A DNA stretch of 64,000 nucleotides from contig NC_057749.1 in assembly GCF_004010195.1 (NCBI RefSeq), forward strand, positions 22,416,976 through 22,480,975. Reading direction: 5' to 3'. The notes under the pieces were generated by a model that saw only the letters and a list, made by a program, of their open reading frames with translations, searched no databases and was not told the origin of the DNA. The position numbers were made by a program, and so were the translations under genes. The stretch is from Chiloscyllium plagiosum. Lineage: Eukaryota. Positions 38,330-48,430 of the stretch are shown here, one piece after another. Positions within the stretch are counted from its first letter, which is position 1. Each line of letters opens with the position of its first letter.

Positions 38330-39785
38330 CTTTATTTTAACAAATGCAAGACTCCTGAGCCAAGTGATAACCACTACATTTGCTGAGTTGAGAGTGATTC
38401 ATCTGCCACTCCACCTGTAGAGGGGGCACTTCTCGGGAAGGTGCAGCATTGTCTGTGCCTCTCCATGAAGGGGTTTGTGAAGTCCTCGTGGTGGGGTGGG
38501 GGGGGAGGCGGATACTGGCTGTGTGGAGTCACTAGTTTATCCGGTTTAGCAAGAACCACTCTCACTTTGGCACCACTCTCTCTGGGTGGCATTAGCATGC
38601 TGCCTCAGACTGCCATTAGCCCAGGTTTGATTCAAGCTTTAGGTGCTCGCATTGGTGGTTTCGCGGTAGAATTCTTGTCTGCCACACAGTTGCTTGTTTA
38701 CCAGCCAATGCTTGGTACTCCTTTGTTAGGCATGGCACGGTGGCTCAGTGGTTAGCACTGCTATCTCACAGCGCCAGGAACCCAGGTTCAGTTCCCGCCA
38801 TGGGCGACTGTCTGTGTGGAGATTGCACATTCTCCCCGTGACTGCGTGGGTTTCCTCCTGGTGCTCCGGTTTCCTCCCACAGTCCAAAGATGAGCGACTT
38901 AGATGGATTGGGCCATGGGAAATTACCCCGTAGTGCCCAGGAATGTGCAGACTAAATGGGTTAGCCATATGAAATGCAGGGTGATAGGGCAGGGATGTGG
39001 GTCAGGGTGGGATGCACTTCGTCGGCGATGGGCCAAACGGCCGGCTTCCACACCGTGGGGATTCTATGACTGCCTGTGTGGAGTTTGCACATTCTCCTCG
39101 CATCTGTGTGGGTTTCCTCTGGGTGCTCCGGTTTCCTCCTGCAGTCCAAAGATGTGCAGGTCAGGTGGGTTAACCATGGTAAATGTCAGGTTAGGGGGAT
39201 GGGTGGGGTGATGCCCTTCACAGGGTTGGTGCAGACTTGATGGGCTGAATGGCCATTGACAGGTGAGATTTGTCAAAAGAAAGTGACTTTCCTTGATCCC
39301 TTGTGAAGAATGTCCATTGGTGGATCTTGTTCAGGGAATGTGCTGCATATCAGCCACTGAGGTGGGATTCAATACATCATTATTAAGTGGAAGCTGACGC
39401 CGTGCTTTATGAAGCTTTGCATAATGTCCTTGCTTTTGTACTCCATACCTCTGTTTAAATAGTCCAGGGTGACGCATGCTCATATGAATATCAGCAGTTA
39501 GATAGCTGGATCAAATGGTTCCTTGAGCTGACTCCAGCACTCAATACCATCGTAGTTGACATTCAGTCTCAATGTCATTCCCCTCACAATCTCATGTCTT
39601 CACAGAGGCTGGAAACCGGCCAATCCTCAGCCTCAAATGTACTCAAACACTGAGCATCAACAGCTTTCTGAGCTAAAGAACTTTCGCAATTCAGAAATTC
39701 TGCTCGCCTCCTTCCAAAACTTCAGACCATTCTCCCTCGTTCCACATTTGCAGCCAGAGAAGAATCAATCTCCACATGTCGCTTG

Positions 39786-40010
39786 GCGGAAGTGAGTTCT
39801 GCAGATGCTGGAGATTAGAGTCAAGATTAGAGTGGTGCTGGGAAAGCACAGCAGGTCAGGCAGCATCCGAGGAGCAGGAAAATCGACGTTTCAGGCAAAA
39901 GCCCTTCATCAGGATTCCTGATGAAGGGGTTTTGCCCAAAACATTGATTTCCCTGCTCCTCGGATGCTGCCTGATCTGCTATGCTTTTCCAGCACCACTC
40001 TAATCTTGAC
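39786..40010. mobile_element. Family A inverted element; minus-strand core intact
   Basis: Near-perfect palindrome centred on catcagga-t-tcctgatg. Degenerate TSD ccacatgtcgcttg / ccacgtgtagcttg. Confidence 0.88.
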
Positions 40011-40051
40011 CCCACGTGTAGCTTGTCAAGCCCTCTCGGAATATATGCTTG

Positions 40052-40185
40052 AATGACTTGGAGGAGCCAGTGTTGGACTGGGGTCAACAAAGTTAAAAAA
40101 AACACACAACACCAGGTTATAGTCCAACAGGTTTATCTGGAAGCACTAGCTTTCGGAGCGCTGCTCCTTCATCAGGTGGTTGTGG
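40052..40185 (-). mobile_element. Family B Penelope-type terminal repeat with an intact hammerhead
   Basis: Minus strand reads cac-CTGATGA-a-GGAGC-agc-GCTCC-GAAA-gc-ta-gtg. Related copies lie near 14000-14125, 31365-31525, 32550-32690, 35378-35490, 59712-59830, 63140-63230 and 63895-64000. Confidence 0.8.
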
Positions 40186-40329
40186 AGAATAAGCAATTCA
40201 ATGTTTCAATGAGATCACTTTTTATTCTTCTGCACTTCGTAGAATATAGGTCCACCTGATTTAATTTCTCCTCACAGAAAAACTCTTCAATCCCAAGAAT
40301 CGATTGAGAGAACCTTCATTGTATCTGCT

Positions 40330-40900
40330 CTAAGCTAAGTGCATATCCTGCCTTCAGTAAGGAGTCCTAGCCTGTCCAGAAAACCCCTGGTGTAGTCTCA
40401 GCAAAACCTCCCTGTGCAATCGCAGCCGGTCACCCTCACTGATTTTACACTGATTTGCTTTGCAAATTGCTTGTTGTACTTTCAAATTAACTTTCTGTTT
40501 TTCTGGTAAAGGTCACTCAAACCCCACTATATTAATATTTTGTGCCATCAGCACACTTGATTACTTTACACTCTGCCCCTTGATCTAAGCCATTAATAAA
40601 AATTGCAAATCGCTGAGGCCCCAGCACTGATCCTTGCAGCATTCCATTAGTAATAACCTGACAATTTGACCCACTTATTTCTGGTCTCAGTTTCCTGTCC
40701 TTTAGTTGATCTCCTTGCATGCTAATATATTACCTTAACTCAAGTCCTTATCTTTCATATGGCATCGCATTCAATGGTTTTTCAAAATTGAATTTCATCA
40801 CTAGTTGCCCTTTATGCATCCTCACAGTTACACCTTAAAAATAATCCCGTGGAGGATTTTATCAAACATGTTTTTCCTTCCTTAAAAACGCGTAGATTCT
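40330..40900 (-). mobile_element. Old CR1 RT fragment
   Basis: QGSVLGPQRFAIFINGLD...KCADGTK (decayed GVPQGSVLGP / FADDTK). Confidence 0.85.
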
Positions 40901-41759
40901 GTTGAGCCATATTAGAATTTTGGAAATGCTGTGCTATCACTTGCATGGAGGAATCTCATAATTAGGAACATAGTTCCAGGATAAGGAGGCTCCTGTTTAA
41001 GACTGAAAGGATGAGGAATTTCTTCTCCCCTCAGAATCTTTGTCATGTCCCTCCCCAGAGAACAGTGGAGACTTGGTTACTCAGTCACAGATTCAAGGCT
41101 GAATTGGGCAGGTCTTTGGTCCACCAGGAAGAGAACAGTTATGAAGAGTCCAATCAGATCAGCTATCATCTTATTCAATTGGAGAGCAGGCTTGAGGGGC
41201 CAAATGGCCTACTCCTGACTCATATGTTACTATCATGAACTGCAGCATTTTCCCAATTGCTGACATTATGCTTATGGCTTGTAGACCGTCTCTCTCTCTC
41301 TCTCTCTCTCCCTCTCTCTCTCTCTCTCTTAGATAGCAGTACAAATTGTGAGCTTCCAAACCATTGGGACCATTCCAGAAGCTAGGAATGTTTAGACACC
41401 ACAACCAGTGCATCCATTCTCTTTGCACTGACGTCTTTACAAAGTTAGGATGTCAACCATCAGGTTGTCAACTTTGAGGGCCATTAATTTGTGCAGTATC
41501 TTTCTTTGCTAATTATTTCAAGTTCTTCACACTCATTGGAGCCATGATTCTCCACTTTCCTTTGAGATCATTAAGGATCTGGGCATTTAGACAAGCTCAA
41601 AGTCACGAGGAAAAGCCAGTATTGTTTTGTGAAAGGGAAATTACATTTAACCAATTTATTTGAACTCCGAGCCACAGAACTGTTAGATTTTCGAGTCAAT
41701 GAATCGCAGAATATTAAGTATGGAGGGACATCAAGTAAATAATACGGTTAATGGAAGAT

Positions 41760-42452
41760 TTGACCCATATCCTTCTAGACCTTTCTATTCATGTACCCAT
41801 CCAGATGCCTTTTGTACCCAACCTCCACCACTTCCTCTGGCAGCTCATTCTGTACACGCAGCACCCACTGTGTGAAAAAGTTACCCTTGGGCCCCTTTTA
41901 AATCTTTCCTTTCTCACCTTACACCTATGCACTGTAGTTTTTGACTGCCCCCAGCTAGGAAAAGACCTTGGCTTTTCACCCAACCCATGCCCCTCATGAT
42001 TTCATAAACCTCTAGAAAGTGACCCCTCAGCTTCTGCCACTCCAGGAAAAATAGCCCCAGCCTATTCAGCCTCTCCCTGTAGCTCAAACCCTCCAACCTT
42101 GGCAACATCCTTGTAAATTTTTTCTGAACCATTTCAAGTTTCACAACATCCGATAGTTGGGAGTTCAGAATTGAATGCAGTATTCAAAAAATTGCCTCAC
42201 TAATGTTCTGTACAGCCGCAACATGACCTCTCAATGCCAATACTCAATACTCTGACTAATAAAGGAAAGCATACCAAATGCCTTCTTCACTATCCTATCT
42301 ACCTACGACTCCACCTTCAAGGAACTATGAACCTGCATTCCAAGGTCTCTTTGTTCAGCAACACTCCCCAGATCCTTACCACGAAGTGAATAAGTCCTGC
42401 CCTGACTTGCCTTTCCAAAATGCAGCTCCTCACATTTATCTAAATTAAACTC
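41760..42452 (-). mobile_element. CR1/HER1 LINE 3' fragment
   Basis: KLEMVQKKFTRMLPRLEGLSYRERLNRLGLF. Confidence 0.9.
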
Positions 42453-43394
42453 CATTATACAGATGGGAATATGATATTCAAAACACAGACAGATGTACCT
42501 TGAGCTTATTGAATGACAGAACCAGACTCAAGAGTTAGAATGGCCTATTTATTTTCCTACTTGTAGGTTTGTACATTATTCTGAGTTTTTAACTTTCGAC
42601 TGTGAATTCAAACACAAAACATTTGCTTAAAAACGTTATAATTTCTTTTCTCCTAGTGATAATTTCTCCTGTTTCAGACTGAAAGGATGCCATTCTAACT
42701 TTAGCCACTCTGTTTTAACTTACTTAGTGAAGCTTAATTTTGATATTCCTTGCTAGTTCCCTTATATTTTTGCAAGTCACCCCGTGCTAGTTTCTCAGAC
42801 TCTCTGAATCCTCAGGCTTGCTACTCTACATCACGAGCCCTTTCTTTTTATCCAATACGGATCTTAATCTCTTTAATTTCCTGTGGAAGCTTCATTTCTC
42901 AATGAAATGTACATGTGTTAAGAATTGTGAAACATCTCACTAAACATCGAACATTGGTTATACATTCCCATTGGTTCAAGAACAGCTTTTTCCCTGCTGT
43001 TATTAGACTGCTGAGTGGACCTCTCTAATTTCAAATCTCATGTTGACCTTAGTCTTGTACACCTCTTGGGCATCTAGAATGTTGTATGCCTCACTCTGTA
43101 TAAGCACCTGTGTGTCCTTGTTTGCTGTGATCTGCTTGTACTGCTTGCAAAACAAAACTTCTCACTGTACCTGTGACACCAATAAATCAAATCAAATCAA
43201 AATTCCTCAGTCAATTTTCCCCTTTATACTTATTCAACTGGCTTTAAGTTCAATGCTCTAGTTTCAAACATAGACATGTCAGTCTCAAACTTAGTTATGA
43301 TCACTCTTCCCCAGAAAACTCCTTACCCTAAGGAATTCAGAACTTAGCATTAGTACAGAACAAGGTCTAAAATATAAATTTAAAGCGGAAGGCA

Positions 43395-43625
43395 ATGGAG
43401 AAACTCAGCAGGTCCGGCAGCAGCTGCAGAGAGAAAGCAGGGTTGATGTTTCGAGTCCAGCATGACTTTCCTTTGATTTGGACGTTCTGAAGAGGAGTCA
43501 CATTGGACAAGAAGCATCAACTCTGTTTCTCTCTCCATAAGTGCTGCCAGACCTGCTGGGTTTCTCCTGTACTCTTCGATTTTATTTCGCATTTCCAGTG
43601 TACACAATATTTTGCTTTTGCTTAA
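43395..43625. mobile_element. Family C inverted element with decayed hammerhead cores
   Basis: ggagaaactcagcaggtccggcagc arm opposed to gctgccagacctgctgggtttctcc arm, with a central ttctgaagaggagtc..ggac..gaag. Relatives near 43915-44015, 53295-53400 and 60425-60590. Confidence 0.65.
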
Positions 43626-45024
43626 GATCGAAAATAACCTCTCCTGTGATTGGTTCAACGAAATAGTTTCCCTGAAATTGTCTTCAATATATTGTTTGAA
43701 CTCACAAACTACGTATTTCCAACGTGATTTATGCTGTCTATATAAAGATTAAAATCCCTCATGATGAGAACATTACCTTTTCATTCCCTACATATCTTCA
43801 CATTTCATGCTGTCCAACAATTTTGCCCCAAGAGTTCTGATCTTTATTATTTCTTATCACCATTCACTCTAAATCCAATTCTGATTTTTATAAACCTAAG
43901 CCTTTCCGTACTGCAGGTTCTAAGTATGTGTCACTTGACCTGAAACCTTCACTCTGATTTCTCTCTGCAGATGCTGCCACACCTGCTGAGTTTCTCCAGC
44001 AATTTCTGTTTGCGTATTTGTTCCCTCCCACACGACTGCTCTGTATTATTAGAACAAACCACTTTCCTTTTGATTTTATCCATATATTTTCGAAGCACCA
44101 AGTGCCACTAAATTTGCCAGCCTTGGTTACCTGAAATTCTACAACGGTCTCCTCAACCTTTTTCAGTACGCTGTGCGTGTGTAAACCATTTCATTTTACA
44201 AAGGCACCCAAGGGCAACTTGCTATCGTTTCTCCCGCACGGCATAAAAGAAATAGCGGAGGTTATTTACCTGTTGAAATGAAGAAAAGCCATTCCATTAA
44301 CTTCTGCAGCAGAATCCATCTTCTTCCATCCATGAGCAGGTTACCACTGTGACATTAAGATTAAGGACACTGCCAGGGGTGGTCAGATCTGTTTGGTATT
44401 CTGTTTACCAGACCCTCTGCATCCTTTCTTCTTCCTGTACATTTTAAGAAGGTGGTCCACTTTGCACCAGGATGTTTAGCGAAAAAAAGGTCAGGGGGGA
44501 TCTCCACATCCCACTTTTGCCAACTTCTTCTGTAAATAAACTACGCTCTCTGCATTAAAAGTAGCTTACAAATAAAACCACACACAGGCATTGTTAGCTT
44601 CAAAAGTGACAGCTTTACTGTGGGACACAAGAGTTTCAGAAAGAATCCCGTGGGACAAGTTCCATTTCCAGCCCTTTGCTAACCTGCTGAATTATCCGCA
44701 TCATGCTGCAAAGAATCCCAATGGTTTCATTCGGTTAAACAATGGGCAGGATGATCCAAAGGTGTGGTGATCACACGCAGATTGAAACTCAGTCCCTCCT
44801 CTTTCGTGAAAGAACAGAGCTCTGCATTTTTGCCCACTCGGGGGCTCCCTCAGAAACTGGGGGCCACAATGCCTTTATGACAGTCCTGTCATAGTGTAGG
44901 ACAGTCACAGGAAGGTGATCCATGCCCCTTTTCACAGCGGTCCATATCCTGATAGTGTAAGGAACTGGCAGCCAATTTGACAGCTGCTGTCAAACTGTAC
45001 GTCTGATCAGGTAAGTATAATCTT

Positions 45025-45625
45025 AGGGTGCTCGGAGTGCAAGGTGCGATAGGGTTAGAGTACGATAGGGTTATTGTGTAATAGGGTTATTGTGTGATAG
45101 GGTTAGGAGGTGATAGGGTTATTGTGGAATAGATTTAGGGTGTGATCGCGTTAGGGTGCGATAGGGTGAGGGTGTGATCAGATTAGGGTGTGATAGGGTT
45201 AGGGTGTGATCAGATTAGGGTGTGATCGGGTCAGGGTGTGATCGGGTCAGGGTGTGATCGGGTCAGGGTGTGATCGGGTCAGGGTGTATTTGCAGTCGAC
45301 AGTGTGGTGCTGGAAAGTACAGCAGGTCAGGCAGCATCTGAGGAGCAGGAGAATTGACGTTTTGGGCATAATCCCTTCATCAGGAATGAGCCAGACGAAG
45401 AGCTTATGCTCGAAACGTCGGTTCTCCTGCTCCTCGGATGCTGGCTGACCAGCTGTGCTTTTCCAAAACCACACTCTTGATTCTGATCTCCAGCATCTGC
45501 AGACCTTACATCCTCCCCTAGGGTGTAATAGCTTTCAGGCTTGGTGGGGTTAGGATGAGATAAGATTAGTGTGTAACAGGGTTATTGTGTAATCGGGTTT
45601 GGGTGCAATTGGGTTAGGGTGTAAT
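45025..45625. repeat. Degenerate 16-bp G-rich tandem array (gggtgtgatagggtta / gggtgtgatcgggtca)
   Basis: Direct inspection. Interrupted by the element at 45294-45519. Confidence 0.85.
45294..45519. mobile_element. Family A inverted element inserted in a 16-bp tandem array
   Basis: Inverted arms. Stem II variant GAGC-ttat-GCTC. TSD-like agggtgtatttgc / agggtgtaatagc. Confidence 0.85.
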
Positions 45626-46593
45626 ACAGTTCTTGTGGTAGAGGATAAAATGCCAGATGGGCGACAGAGTATATGGCCAGAGGTTTGTGGAACAGGGATG
45701 GAATGACAGGTGATCAGAGGGTATAGGGAACCAGCTAAGAATTCTGGGTATGGTTGCAGGCTGTAAGATTGTAAAGGGGCAAGGTGAATGGTGCACTGTA
45801 GATTCTTGTGGGTACAAAGAATCATGTCTACCTCGGAGGGGCAGGGGTGGGTGTGGTGGTGGTAGTGGGACTAGAGTCAGTGTCAGGTTGGGGGTTGTTC
45901 TGGTCCAGCAGCGGTCTGGGGTTTGGGACAGTTCCAGTGGAGAGTGGAATGGTTGGCTAGGTCTGGCTGTGTTTGGGTGAGGGATTCAGCTCCAGTGGCA
46001 TTGGGAAGGTGGGGAACAGAGGTGTGGGTGTCCAGTCAGGCTGGAGGGAGGCGAATAATGCTTTAGGTGACATAAGGATGCAGGATCTAGTCAGGATCTG
46101 GGGGTGTTTAAGGGATATGTAGTTGAGGCTGCGTGAGGTCAGTATGGGGTCAGTTGAGTACTTATTCAGGGATTAGACCGTGTATTTAATATGCTAACAT
46201 TTCCTGAATAAACATTCCATTTAACTTCATTGGAACCTTTGAAATTTTCGGATTTAGATGGAGGTAGTCAGGTTGGGGGCTCCAGGTATAAGGAAATCGC
46301 TCAGTGAAAAATCAACCTCCCAGAGAATTCTCTCAGAGTGCTCCGATACAGATTCACCAAGATCCTGTACTCTGGAGAAATGACTGCATGGCTCTTGGAA
46401 AATCCAAGCCATTATAACCGAGGTCACCTGTCAACAGGTTATACTAACTTCAATTTCGATATGTCCAGGGTTGCAGAAAGATTTGGACTAGCTTGCTCAA
46501 TACACATGTCTTCTGGTATTTGGCTTTAACCTGATCTTAGTGCATTTGACTGTATTACTTGGGTTCTTTAACTAACAGCGAGAGCCCTGAAAT

Positions 46594-47423
46594 AAGCACT
46601 CTGAAGGTAAAGTGAATATTAAAATTATCAAGACGAGAGGTAATAATTCCATCTGAATAATTGTTGCGTTTGTGGAGAAAGTGCTGATTTGGACACCAGA
46701 CTTAAAGGGGTTTCTCAGTATCAGGGGGCTGTTTTCGTATTGAGCGATATTCAGAGTATTCCAGATCCCCATCTCCCTTTCTAGCTTGTCTTCTTCAATT
46801 ACATCGCAACCATTTGAACAAAACTGTTCAAAACACAAAATGTAAAATTAAAGGAGACTTTAAATTAAATCAGCCCTGAAGTTCACTCGGTGTGTGTGTT
46901 GTTTTTTTGTTTGGAGTTGGGGTGAGTTAAAAGCAGAATTCCAAGGACTGGATGTTCCCAGGTCTCATTATCACATGCTCCTTCAAAGTTGCCCACAATC
47001 AGCAGAAAAGCACTCTGAAGGTAAAGTGAATATTAAAATTATCAAGACGAGAGGTAATAATTCCATCTGAATAATTGTTGCGTTTGTGGAGAATGTGCTG
47101 ATTTGGACACCAGACTTAAAGGGGTTTCTCAGTATCAGGGGGCTGTTTTCGTACTGAGCGATATTCAGAGTATTCCAGATCCCCATCTCCCTTTCTAGCT
47201 TGTCTTCTTCAATTACATCGCAACCATTTGAACAAAACTGTTCAAAACACAAAATTTAAAGTTAAAGGAGACTTTAAATTAAATCAGCCCTGAAGTTCAC
47301 TCGGTGTGTGTGTTTTTTTTTTGTTTGGAGTTGGGGTGAGTTAAAAGCAGAATTCCAAGGACTGGATGTTCTCAGGTCTCATTATCACATGCTCCTTCAA
47401 AGTTGCCCACAATCAGCAGAAAG
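46594..47423. repeat. Tandem duplication of a 414-bp unique sequence
   Basis: Copies start at 46594 and 47008 (aagcactctgaaggtaaag) and differ by only a handful of substitutions. Confidence 0.95.
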
Positions 47424-47694
47424 TGGTACAGCAACAGGGTTGGAAGAATCAGTTTGGTTTTGACACAGAAGGACACCATTCGAGCCATCATCTCGGTACT
47501 GGCCCCCTCTGGAGGAGCAATTCACCGAGTCTCACCCCCCGGCTTTCCTCTGGTAACTCGAGAAATGTTTTTTTCAGTTGATGACCCAACCCCTTTTTGA
47601 AAGTTCCAATTGAACCTGCCTCTGCCACACTCTCATGTAGTACATTCCAGATTCTAAACATGAGAAACCTATTCTTTGATAACATACAGAGACA

Positions 47695-48430
47695 CAGTCT
47701 TAGAGTCATAATATCATAGAGTTAGAGTGTCATAGAGTCATGGAGTCATAGTGTCATCAAGTTATAGAGTCATAGAGTCACAGAGTTATAGTGTCGTTGA
47801 GTTATAGAGTCATAGTGTCTTAGAGTCAGAGTTATAGAATCATAGAGTCATACAAAATAGACCCAGCATTCTAACCAGTCCATGCCTACCATAATTCCAA
47901 ACTAGACTTGCCTGTGGATGTAGGTTTGCTTGCTGAGCTGGAAGGTTTTTTTTTCAGTGCGCAAACCTACATCCAGAACCTCAACCTGAACTACACATCT
48001 TCTCAAAGCTCACTAGACTTGCCTATGCTTGGCCCATATCCCTCTAAACATTTCTTATTCATGTATTTATCTTAATGTCTTTCCACCATTGTAACTGTAC
48101 CCCCATCCATCACTTCCTCTGGCAGTTCATTCCACTCATGAAACACTCTGTGTAAAAGAAAGCCCCTCAAAATGTCTTTTGCCTCTCGCAATAAAATATG
48201 CATGCTCGTACTGAACTACCCCACCCTCGGGAAGAGACATCTTATCGAAACCCCTCATGATCTTATAAACCCCTCAACCTCCTATGCTCCAGCCTATCCA
48301 GCCTCTACCCATATAACTCAAACCTTCCAATACCAGCAACATCCTGGTAAATATCTCCTGAACCCTCTCCAGCTCTAATAATATCCTTCCTATACCGGAG
48401 TGACCAGAACTGGACACAGTACTCTGGAAA
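47695..48430 (-). mobile_element. CR1/HER1 3' end with an expanded (catagagt)n octamer tail
   Basis: About 19 degenerate 8-bp units at 47695-47850 adjoin a reverse-oriented HER1 3' sequence. Confidence 0.8.
47914..48011. mobile_element. Family D short inverted element nested in a CR1 tail
   Basis: ggatgtaggtttgc / gcaaacctacatcc inverted pair. Perfect 13-bp TSD actagacttgcct at 47901-47913 and 48012-48024. Related copy at 19035-19107. Confidence 0.75.

Noticed and set aside
46572..47252. Two near-identical 88/89-aa ORFs
   Set aside because: They result from the tandem duplication, start at a non-ATG codon and show no recognisable homology.
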